Source: an uncultured Eubacteriales bacterium | GTDB lineage: Bacteria; Bacillota; Clostridia; Oscillospirales; CAG-382 | Reading direction: 5' to 3' | Length of the DNA: 64,000 nucleotides | NCBI GenBank assembly: GCA_934444645.1 | Contig: CAKSCV010000004.1 | Coordinates: 59,209-123,208 of the forward strand | Shown here: one piece after another, positions 54,753 to 62,946 of the stretch | How the letters are laid out: each line of letters starts with the position of its first letter | Numbering within the stretch: the stretch's first letter is position 1 | Made by a program: the position numbers and the translations under genes | The notes under the pieces: generated by a model | The model's database searches: none | The model's input: only the letters and a program-made list of their open reading frames with translations | What the model was told of the DNA's origin: nothing

Positions 54753-57104
54753 TTATAAGTTCAAATGCACGGTTGGTTTGTGCTTGTACATTTCCTTGTC
54801 GGCAGCCGAAATGGCTTCGTCCAAGCTGCCGGCACGATATGCGCCGCCGATGCTGACAGCGAAAGATAAATCCGGATAACCGGTTAACGTTGCCGCATGA
54901 ACGGCTTTTTGAAGTCTCTCGGTCTTTTCGCGGAATTCGTGTTCTGAAATGCTGTTGAAAATGAGTAAAAACTCGTCGCCGCCGTAGCGGATGAGAACAC
55001 TGTTGCTGCCGGCCTCGCGCGCAATGGTATCGACTATGAGCTTTAACGCCGTGTCGCCGACCGGGTGTCCGTAGGTGTCGTTGATGTGCTTGAAATTGTC
55101 GATATCGATCAAAGCAACAGCGTCGGATTTTTCAAAGCTGTCTTTGAAATCCTCCAAATACATGCGCGAATAGGCGGCAGTTAAAGAATCCTTGTAGAAA
55201 TCGAGCAATAACAAACGCGTGCGGTCGGAAACCGCCGAAGATTCGGCTTTGCTGTCAGCCAAATTGAGTGCAATTTCCAATACCACGTCTTTTCCGCAGA
55301 CATTTATAGATTTCGAAATTACCGAATACAGCTCGTTTCCCTTGTTCTCCAGCTTGGTTTTCAAGCCTTGACACTGCTGTGCTTCTCCCGAGCTGCAATA
55401 CCTGCAGCATTTGTCGCGCTGCCAGTATTCGTAGCATTTGACGGGGGATTTTTGTAAAGTGTTGTTGTCGGAAATGTGCAGTACACTGTAATCGGTCGGA
55501 TCAACTAACCGTACAACGTTGAAAATTTGCTTCATCCAGTCGAAGGACATTTCAAAGGTCGTTTTATCCGGAATAATTTGCCGGATGCCGGCTTTGACGG
55601 TGGCGTCGTGGATATCCGTAAATTGTCCCAAAGCACAGGTGCAAACTCCCTCCGATGACCAAATACTGCGTGCATTGAGCTTGTGCCAGCGGTATTCGCC
55701 GTTTACCTCAATAAGCACCGTCAGGCACACATCCGGATTTTCGGGTGTTGTCTCTTGCATTTTGTCAAACAGCAATTGCCAATCGGCTTGTGACAGAACC
55801 CGGATCATGTTTTCCTTCGGCGAATTCAAGAAGAATTCCTGCGTCTTTGCATTCGGTTCGTAGGTATTGCAGAACGTGATTTTTTTCGACATATAGTCGT
55901 ATTCGAACTGAATGCCGCCAAGCAACGTTTTGAAAAAATCTTTTTTCTGCTTTTCATAAGTAAAAAGACACTCGGCGCGGTTGTCTGACGGCAGCTTTCG
56001 GCCGCTTAACGCCTCAACGGTAAGCTTTTGAGCTTCGGCGGAATAATCGATTGCTTCCGGCGTTTGAAGGTTGATTTCCTGCAGCTTGTCGGAAACCTCC
56101 GCTAAGCATTGCAGTAAAAGCGGGTTGAATACGCCGCATTCGCCGCCGAGGATCATTTTAATGGCTTTTTCATGGGAAAAGGCTTTTTTGTAGCAGCGGT
56201 CACTTATCAGCGCGTCATATACATCGGCAAGAGAAACCACCTGTGCCGAGATCGGAATCGCATCACCGCATAAACCGTCCGGATAGCCGTTTCCGTCCCA
56301 GCGTTCATGATGCCAGCGGCAGATTTCGTGCGCGGTGTGCAGAGCCTCCGAGGCGCGCGAAATGCGTGTGGTGCAGATGATGTTTGCCCCTTGCAGCGTA
56401 TGCGATTTCATGATTTCCCATTCTTCGTCTGTAAGCGGACCGGGCTTGTTGAGGATCTTTTTCGGAATCAAGATTTTGCCGATGTCGTGTAAGGAGGATA
56501 GGGAGGCAATGTCGGATATTCTCTTTTCCGTCAAATCGTAGCGATCGGTAAGAGAAGCAAGCTTGTGTAGGAGAATGTCGGAAATGTTGCGTATGTTTAA
56601 TGTGTGCTTGCCGGATTCGTTGTTGCGGTATTCTATGGTGTGGCTGAATATGCCGATCATGGCACTGTTGATCTCTTCGCGGTCGCGAACCTGTTCCTCC
56701 ACCAAGCGGACAAGCTGCCGCTGCTTGTTGTAGAGTATTAACGTGTTTTCTACACGGAAACGCAAGGCTGCGGCTGAGAAGGGACGAAGAATGTAGTCGG
56801 CGGCACCGAGTGCATAGGCTTTGTGCAGACAGTCGTAGTCGCTTTCGCGGATCATGACCACAACCGGGATATCTTCGAGCCAATGCTGTTCGTTCAGAAT
56901 CCGCAAAACATCAAATCCGCCCATGACCGGCAAATGAAAATCCAAAAGAATGATATCGGCCTTGCTTCCGCTGCTTAAATAATCGATTAAGGTTGCACTG
57001 TTGTCTGCATAGGCATAAGAATACGCATCGCCTAAAATATCGGAGATGAGCGTTTGACTGCTTTGGGAAGCATCGGCAACAACAACGTGCTTTTTGCTGT
57101 TCAT
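54753..57104 (-). CDS. response regulator with HD-GYP, PAS-like, Cys-rich and GGDEF domains
   Basis: ORF 54753-57209, start at the ATG at 57104 (RBS AGGAGA). REC domain (ADIILLDFHLPVMGG). HD-GYP domain (HDIGKILIP ... HHERWDGNGYPDGL). PAS/PAC-like region (EYRWHKLNARSIW ... GQFTDIHD). Cys cluster (CYEYWQRDKCCRYCSSGEAQQCQG). GGDEF domain (RYGGDEFLLIF). Confidence 0.85.
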   Translation of the reverse strand: MNSKKHVVVADASQSSQTLISDILGDAYSYAYADNSATLIDYLSSGSKADIILLDFHLPVMGGFDVLRILNEQHWLEDIPVVVMIRESDYDCLHKAYALGAADYILRPFSAAALRFRVENTLILYNKQRQLVRLVEEQVRDREEINSAMIGIFSHTIEYRNNESGKHTLNIRNISDILLHKLASLTDRYDLTEKRISDIASLSSLHDIGKILIPKKILNKPGPLTDEEWEIMKSHTLQGANIICTTRISRASEALHTAHEICRWHHERWDGNGYPDGLCGDAIPISAQVVSLADVYDALISDRCYKKAFSHEKAIKMILGGECGVFNPLLLQCLAEVSDKLQEINLQTPEAIDYSAEAQKLTVEALSGRKLPSDNRAECLFTYEKQKKDFFKTLLGGIQFEYDYMSKKITFCNTYEPNAKTQEFFLNSPKENMIRVLSQADWQLLFDKMQETTPENPDVCLTVLIEVNGEYRWHKLNARSIWSSEGVCTCALGQFTDIHDATVKAGIRQIIPDKTTFEMSFDWMKQIFNVVRLVDPTDYSVLHISDNNTLQKSPVKCYEYWQRDKCCRYCSSGEAQQCQGLKTKLENKGNELYSVISKSINVCGKDVVLEIALNLADSKAESSAVSDRTRLLLLDFYKDSLTAAYSRMYLEDFKDSFEKSDAVALIDIDNFKHINDTYGHPVGDTALKLIVDTIAREAGSNSVLIRYGGDEFLLIFNSISEHEFREKTERLQKAVHAATLTGYPDLSFAVSIGGAYRAGSLDEAISAADKEMYKHKPTVHLNL

Positions 57105-57266
57105 AGACGGTTCTCCTGCTTTCGTAAAAGTCGGCTTGTGTTTGCTTCGCAAGCACGGAGCGTATAAAGGTGTTAACGCCAAACAATACTGCTGTTTTTG
57201 TTTATTCAAAACGCATATCCTGTCGGAAATCTGTAACGGCGGCAGGAGTGATTTTTGACGAAAAAA

Positions 57267-57752
57267 TTATGCTAATTCCACGAGCTCCATCGGCGTTCCG
57301 TGTTCCCGTATCAGTTTGACCAAATCATCGGTTTCGAGCCATACGGTTGCGGTGTTGTCATTTGGATGAATGCCGATCTTGTGGCCGAGAAATTCTGAAT
57401 CCAAATAGAAAAACACGCGTTTTTCGCTGTCATTTAACAGACCGAGCGGCGTGACCGAGCCGGGAGTCAGCTGTAAAATGTCAAATAAATCCTCTGCAGA
57501 TGCAAATGAAAGGTTGCGCAGCCCGTGAGCTTTGCGGAATTCCTTCAGATCCACGCGCTTTTCGCCGCGCACGGTGATCAAATAGAAGTTTTTCTTTTTA
57601 TCATCGCGCACAAATAGGTTTTTGGCGTCCCATTCAGGGTAGGGAAGCTCAAGTGCATCAAGTTCCTCCATGTTGTAGACCGCTTTGTGCTCGGTGCATT
57701 CATAGGAAATGCCGTGTTCGTTCAAATAGTTGTAGATGTCGGCTTTGTTCAT
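57267..57752 (-). CDS. prolyl-tRNA synthetase-associated (YbaK/ProX-like) trans-editing domain protein
   Basis: ORF 57267-57800, start at the ATG at 57752 (RBS AAGGTG). Motifs: AKNLFVRDDKKKNFYLITVRGEKRVDLKEF ... LTPGSVTPLGL. Confidence 0.8.
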   Translation of the reverse strand: MNKADIYNYLNEHGISYECTEHKAVYNMEELDALELPYPEWDAKNLFVRDDKKKNFYLITVRGEKRVDLKEFRKAHGLRNLSFASAEDLFDILQLTPGSVTPLGLLNDSEKRVFFYLDSEFLGHKIGIHPNDNTATVWLETDDLVKLIREHGTPMELVELA

Positions 57753-57820
57753 GTTAATCACCTTTTTTTGCAAATTTTGTACTGAGTTATTTTGAAGCAA
57801 GCTCTGTTTGCGGAAAAATC

Positions 57821-57857
57821 TGAAAAAAGCGTATGCACAGGACGATGTGCATACGCT
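57821..57857 (-). terminator. strong intrinsic terminator inside the leader of the ProX-like gene
   Basis: A perfect 12-bp stem (57828-39 with 57846-57), a 6-nt loop, then UUUUUU on the minus strand (plus-strand AAAAAA at 57823-28). It lies 69 nt upstream of the start codon. Confidence 0.75.
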
Positions 57858-57985
57858 TGCAGGCTTGTCTTTGTGCCGTGATGCAGAATCTGTTCCGCAA
57901 ACTGTGTTTTATCTGTCAGTGTCGAGCTTCTGTTAGAATGCCGTTACGTTTGCTTTGTATGGCGATTCTTGAGAAAATTTTATTC

Positions 57986-58014
57986 ATTATACCATGCTTC
58001 CGTCAAATGTTCAA
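57986..58014 (-). promoter_or_regulatory. sigma-A type promoter with extended -10
   Basis: Minus strand: TTGAAC (58014-09), 17 nt, then TGgTATAAT (-10 at 57991-86). This predicts a leader of about 225 nt. Confidence 0.6.
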
Positions 58015-58277
58015 GCTTTAATTTTGAACGCAAACATTTGTTTATAATATTTTTACATTCTTATGCTCTTGATTTTACAATGCAAGTGCAAACAAAAAAC
58101 GGACATACGTTTTTTCTGCTTATTCGCTTATTGAAAAGTGCAAATATCAACAGTGATGGCTGTAAATCCTTTTGTTTAAAAATGATAACGATAACTATAA
58201 TTTTGTTATTGATATCCTCTGAGGGATGTGTTATATTTAAAAAAAGAACAAAATTGCAATAAAAGGAGCAAAAAGTC

Positions 58278-60482
58278 ATGAAAAAAGCACTCACACTTGC
58301 ACTTGCTTCTCTGTTATGCTCCGTGTCATGCATTGAAGCGCTTGCTTTCGAACCGGAAACGGTTGAGACGGCAAATGAAGTTACGGAACAAACCGTCTTT
58401 CAAGCGGCACTTGCCGAAGAGGACGAAAACACGGTGGACGGCTATCTCAAGAATGACCCGGCTTACGGCACGCTCTACTACTATAACAGTTTTAACGACG
58501 GCGTGACGATTGACGGCTCAAAGCTTACCGGACAAACCTACTTTGATAAAAAGCTTGCCGGTGAAATGTTGGGAAGCGGCTTCTCCATCAACGGCTCTAA
58601 CTACACCCTCACGCTTGAAGCGGCAGAGGCAGATAGTGCCGATAAGGCCTTAAAGATTACCGCCTCCGGCGCACTTTCTTTTCCAAGAATCACCATCAAT
58701 TCCCAATATTATGCCAAAAAGCTCGGTATCTATACGCTTGTTTTCGACTGCAAAAAAACCACCGGCTCGGTGAATTTGGCGGCCAGTGTCAGTCAGTATT
58801 TTGATGGGAATCCCAATGCCTTTTCGGTGCGTTCGCCCCTTTCCGCCGCTTCCGATGCTTGGACGAAAGACCTTACGTACAGTGTAACGGTGGATGGAAA
58901 AACAAAGGATAGCGGAAAGAACGCCATTGCCTACTTTTCTCGCTTTGATCTGTATGACTTGCGCAGTTCTGTTGCCGAAGGAACAACGTTTTCCATTGAC
59001 AACGTCCGCCTGTACTATAAACCGGCCGTGCAGGTGACCTACAATTACAACCTCCCGGCCGAAACCGCAACGGTTTATGATCTTGCAAAAGTGAATACCG
59101 TGTATGATACGACCGTTACCTCCGCGTTAGCCGAAGTCGGTGCGGCTGTTCCGGAGCTTTATATTCCGGGCTATTCCTTTGTCGGCTGGAAAGACGCAGA
59201 AGGCAATCCGGCGGAATACTATACAGCAGCCGCTTCCGGTCTTACGCTGACCGCCCAGTGGGAAGCCGTAAAACCCGGTTACAACATGCTTACCGGAACG
59301 ACCGAAAAAGCCGATTTTGAGAACGGCGGCAGACAGTACTTCTATCTCGGCTGGGTCGGCACGAACGGCGCAAGAAGCGTGGAAAGCTTCACGCTCGGCG
59401 ACAATACAAGACGAGTTTTAAGAGTATCCGGCGTTGCTACACAATATCCGACACTTGTGTGGCCGGTGAAGCTTGAAAGCGATCGCCCGTATACCTTCGT
59501 TTGGGACAGCTACGCGGATTTAGCAATCAACAGCTTTAATATCTGGAATTTATATCCCAATTCGGAAAACAAGCATTTCGGCTTCGGTGTAAATGCCTGC
59601 GCTGAGGCAAACCAAAACGGTGAATGGTATACCAACTGCGGCACAACGGAAATCGGCTGCGTCGGCAACAAGAGCGACGGCGCGATGGTTCAGTTGGATT
59701 TTACGTACAGGAGCTACGCATCGGACAGCTTTAATATGTATTTTGACAACCTTGCCGTTTACCCGAGCTATAAGATTACGTACATTTTGCCGGATGGCAG
59801 CGAAGTCTGTGACTATGTATCCTATGACAAAGCTGCCGGTTTTCCGGAAACCTACACGCCGAAAGCAGCTCTTTTGGGCGCCAAGCGCTATAAGCTTGCA
59901 GCGGACGGAGAAAGCTATTCTTTCGGCACGCCGATCCCGCTTGCCAATGCCGATATCACGCTTTATGCCGTTACGGACGGTTATGAGGTAACCGCCGAAA
60001 ATGTATTCTCCTACCGTGCGCCGAGCGAAGCTGTCAGCGCAGGCATCCGTTTCCGTGCAAACGTCAGCGCACTGGTTCTTGCCGATTCCGATGAATTTGG
60101 CTTTATCGTGGCACGCACGGCACTTCTTAACGGCGAAGAGCTGAAGTTCAATGCCGATTCGGCGCATACGGTTTATTCCGCGGACGGCAAAAATTTCACC
60201 GGAAAAACCGATGGTCAAGTGAAATACACCGGAGCGGTAAACCACAACAAGAACGGCGTAAATATTATATATGACGTGGATAAAGATACCAACAACACCC
60301 GTTTTGCCTGTATGCTTGTCAATTTGGACAAGGGCTATACAAGCGGCGGAACGACGCACGAAAATCGTTACGACGTCGAATTCACGGTTCGCCCGTATGT
60401 CATTATTGCCGGAAAAACCTATTATGGCGACAGCACCTCCAAGAGCTACAATGACATTGCCGCAACAAGCGAAAATGCATAA
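58278..60482 (+). CDS. secreted multi-domain protein with CBM-like jelly rolls and an InlB B-repeat
   Basis: RBS AAAGGAG. Signal peptide MKKALTLALASLLCSVSCIEALA. Listeria-Bacteroides repeat (VQVTYNYNLP ... PGYSFVGWKD ... LTLTAQW). Recurrent DN(V/L)xxY motifs (FSIDNVRLYYKP, MYFDNLAVYPSY). Confidence 0.75.
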   Translation: MKKALTLALASLLCSVSCIEALAFEPETVETANEVTEQTVFQAALAEEDENTVDGYLKNDPAYGTLYYYNSFNDGVTIDGSKLTGQTYFDKKLAGEMLGSGFSINGSNYTLTLEAAEADSADKALKITASGALSFPRITINSQYYAKKLGIYTLVFDCKKTTGSVNLAASVSQYFDGNPNAFSVRSPLSAASDAWTKDLTYSVTVDGKTKDSGKNAIAYFSRFDLYDLRSSVAEGTTFSIDNVRLYYKPAVQVTYNYNLPAETATVYDLAKVNTVYDTTVTSALAEVGAAVPELYIPGYSFVGWKDAEGNPAEYYTAAASGLTLTAQWEAVKPGYNMLTGTTEKADFENGGRQYFYLGWVGTNGARSVESFTLGDNTRRVLRVSGVATQYPTLVWPVKLESDRPYTFVWDSYADLAINSFNIWNLYPNSENKHFGFGVNACAEANQNGEWYTNCGTTEIGCVGNKSDGAMVQLDFTYRSYASDSFNMYFDNLAVYPSYKITYILPDGSEVCDYVSYDKAAGFPETYTPKAALLGAKRYKLAADGESYSFGTPIPLANADITLYAVTDGYEVTAENVFSYRAPSEAVSAGIRFRANVSALVLADSDEFGFIVARTALLNGEELKFNADSAHTVYSADGKNFTGKTDGQVKYTGAVNHNKNGVNIIYDVDKDTNNTRFACMLVNLDKGYTSGGTTHENRYDVEFTVRPYVIIAGKTYYGDSTSKSYNDIAATSENA

Positions 60483-60497
60483 CCGGGAGGTATTGCA

Positions 60498-60641
60498 ATG
60501 AAAAAAAGCATGTATGTTGAACCGAAAATTTACGTAAAGCGGCTGCCGGAGGAGGACATCCTTGCCGGCCCTTCCGAAAGCAGCATCGATTCAGATGAGC
60601 TGTTTGATTCGGAAGATAACGTCGAAGATTTAATCGCTTAG
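60498..60641 (+). CDS. small acidic hypothetical protein (47 aa), candidate
   Basis: It is below the ORF-track length cutoff. The ATG at 60498 lies 8 nt after GGGAGG and 13 nt after the upstream stop codon. Sequence: MKKSMYVEPKIYVKRLPEEDILAGPSESSIDSDELFDSEDNVEDLIA. A terminator follows. Confidence 0.4.
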   Translation: MKKSMYVEPKIYVKRLPEEDILAGPSESSIDSDELFDSEDNVEDLIA

Positions 60642-60661
60642 TTTCTCTCTCTCCTTTTTCA

Positions 60662-60700
60662 AAAGAGGCTGTGCAGCATTGCTGCACAGCCTCTTGTTCC
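60662..60700. terminator. strong bidirectional terminator
   Basis: AAGAGGCTGTGCAGC (60663-77) pairs with GCTGCACAGCCTCTT (60681-95): a 15-bp stem with T-rich flanks on both strands. Confidence 0.8.
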
Positions 60701-61555
60701 TTATTGCTCGTTTTGCTCCGGAATCAAAGCACTGTCGCGTTTGAATTCCTTCGGAGTATAGCCGTATTCCTTTTTGAATACGCGAAGCAGCGTCTGAACG
60801 CTCTGAAAACCGCTGACACTTGCGATCTCTTTTAACGTCATTTGTGAATCGGCCTGCAGGCAGCTGCATACTTCTTCCAGACGCAGGCGGTTCAGAAAAG
60901 CGCGCGGCGATGTTCCGAAGGTTTGGCGAAAATCCTGTGACAGCTTGTGCTGCGTGCATAAGAACTTTTTTGCCAAAAACTGTAAGGTGATCGGCTCTCT
61001 GTAATGCGAATACAGATATTCGATTACGCGAACCGATTGAATCGTGGCCTCCGAACGGTCAACCAAGACGGTTGAACCTAAAACGATTTCCAGAAGAACG
61101 CTGCATAGGTTTTTCAGAATGCCGTCCAAACGATTTTTCTCGATTTTGATAAACGGCTCTTGCTTTTTATCGATGCTTTCAAACAAACGGAACAGGGAGA
61201 GGATAATGCCGGAGGAATCTGTGACATATTTCGGCATAAACGATTTTTTTGCAAGAACCATAGAGTAAGAAGAAAAGCATTTGTGCGGCAGCATGAGTAC
61301 GTAGTAGACGGCGTTTGTATATTCCAAACGATGCGGCTCGCAGCAGGAAATAAGAAGCATTTGCCCTTTGGTCAGCGTATATTTTTCACCGGACATCGTG
61401 GCTTTCAGCTCACCGTCAAGCATATAGATAAATTCAAGGCAATAGTGAAAATGCTCTTTGATGGTGCATTTGCTTTGGTCGTGAAGGGCAATAACCACTC
61501 TATCGTCGACATCTCGGTCTAACTCATATTGGTTTTGCACGAAATCCGTATTCAT
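60701..61555 (-). CDS. AraC family transcriptional regulator
   Basis: 284 aa with a cupin-like N-terminus and a C-terminal HTH pair (LQFLAKKFLCTQHKLSQDFRQTFGTSPRAFLNRLRLEE ... LKEIASVSGFQSVQTLLRVFKKEYGYTPKEF). Confidence 0.9.
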   Translation of the reverse strand: MNTDFVQNQYELDRDVDDRVVIALHDQSKCTIKEHFHYCLEFIYMLDGELKATMSGEKYTLTKGQMLLISCCEPHRLEYTNAVYYVLMLPHKCFSSYSMVLAKKSFMPKYVTDSSGIILSLFRLFESIDKKQEPFIKIEKNRLDGILKNLCSVLLEIVLGSTVLVDRSEATIQSVRVIEYLYSHYREPITLQFLAKKFLCTQHKLSQDFRQTFGTSPRAFLNRLRLEEVCSCLQADSQMTLKEIASVSGFQSVQTLLRVFKKEYGYTPKEFKRDSALIPEQNEQ

Positions 61556-61607
61556 AAGGCATACCTCGCATTATACAGAAATGATAATTCAAACTCAGTT
61601 TTCGTTA

Positions 61608-61636
61608 TTTACATTGTACACTATCTGTGATAAAAT
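61608..61636 (+). promoter_or_regulatory. sigma-A type promoter of the Gfo/SLH module
   Basis: TTTACA (61608-13), 17 nt, then TAAAAT (61631-36). Confidence 0.5.
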
Positions 61637-61737
61637 GTCAATAAACAGGAGCGGAATTATTGAATTTGAACATACGTTATGAAAAAATGATAATTCCGTA
61701 AAATAAGCACAAAACGTGAAAAACAAGGAGAAAGAAC

Positions 61738-62904
61738 ATGGCAACACTCTCGGAACTTTTAGACCCCAATCAAAAACATGAAACAGACACGGTCGGTGGC
61801 GGGACAAAACTCCGCATCGGCATTATCGGCACGGGCGGCATTGCACATGAGCATATGCGCTCTTACTTAAATTGCCCGGATGCAGAGGTCGTTTGCGGCG
61901 CAGATATCGTTCCCGGCAAGGCGCAAGCCTTTTTTGATGAATTCGGCGTAAAGGGCATTCACTGCTATACAAGCCACAAGGAAATGCTTGCCAAGGAAAA
62001 GCTCGACGCCGTCAGCGTCTGCACCTATAATCGTCAACACGCACCGTGCGTCATTGATGCGCTGAACGCCGGAATAGATGTTCTTGTCGAAAAACCGTTT
62101 ACCGTGACCGTTGAAGAGGCTGCGGAAATCATTAAGACCGAAAAAAAGACCTGTCGGATTCTTTCCATCGGCTTTCAGCCGCGCTTTGATCCAAATATGC
62201 GTATGATCAAAAAAATCGTCGAATCGGGCGCGCTTGGAAAGATCTATTATATCCAAACCGGCGGCGGCAGGCGGCGCGGCATTCCGGCTTCCCTGAAGAA
62301 ATTTTCGTTTATTCAGGATGAGACTGCCGGAATCGGGGCGCTTGCCGATATCGGCTGCTATTCGCTTGATATGGTGTTAAACGCCATCGGCTACCCGAAG
62401 CCGCTCACGGTTTCCGGCTTTACGTCCTCCTATTTCGGCACAACGCCGGAAGGCTATCCGGGCGCGGAGGGCGCCGAAGAGATTGCCAAGCATTTCAGCG
62501 TGGATGATTTTGCCGGTGCGTTTATTCGCCTGGAGGGCGGTATCATTCTCGATTTCCGCATTGCCTGGGCAATGAATATCAATACGCCGGGCGACACGAT
62601 TTTACTCGGCACAAAAGGCGGACTGCGCATTCCCTCGACCGATTGCTGGAACGGTTCGGTCGGCGGTCCGATGACCATCTATCACCAGGTCGCCGGTGAA
62701 TCGGTTGAAACAGTCATTCCGATCATCCGTGAAAATGTCAGTTGCTTCGACCGCAAGATACGCACCTTTTTGGATGCCGTTCATAACAGAACGAGCGCGC
62801 CTGTCCCGTCGAGCCAGATCTTCTACAACCAGGCGATCATCGACGGCATTGTCAAATCCGGCAAGCTCGGAAAAGAAGTGGAAATCATTTTGCCGGAGTG
62901 TTAA
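61738..62904 (+). CDS. Gfo/Idh/MocA family oxidoreductase
   Basis: RBS AAGGAGAAA. Rossmann N-terminus (LRIGIIGTGGIAHEHM) and an EKP motif (VLVEKPFT). Confidence 0.9.
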   Translation: MATLSELLDPNQKHETDTVGGGTKLRIGIIGTGGIAHEHMRSYLNCPDAEVVCGADIVPGKAQAFFDEFGVKGIHCYTSHKEMLAKEKLDAVSVCTYNRQHAPCVIDALNAGIDVLVEKPFTVTVEEAAEIIKTEKKTCRILSIGFQPRFDPNMRMIKKIVESGALGKIYYIQTGGGRRRGIPASLKKFSFIQDETAGIGALADIGCYSLDMVLNAIGYPKPLTVSGFTSSYFGTTPEGYPGAEGAEEIAKHFSVDDFAGAFIRLEGGIILDFRIAWAMNINTPGDTILLGTKGGLRIPSTDCWNGSVGGPMTIYHQVAGESVETVIPIIRENVSCFDRKIRTFLDAVHNRTSAPVPSSQIFYNQAIIDGIVKSGKLGKEVEIILPEC

Positions 62905-62946
62905 ATAGCGATTGTTTGAAAAAACAACCCCAAAAGGAGGATATTC

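Noticed and set aside
57753-57985. A proline T-box riboswitch upstream of the ProX-like gene.
   Set aside because: The context is attractive, but the leader lacks the T-box 14-mer, an AGAGA/GA-motif stem I and a recognisable specifier loop. It is kept only as an unclassified attenuator candidate.
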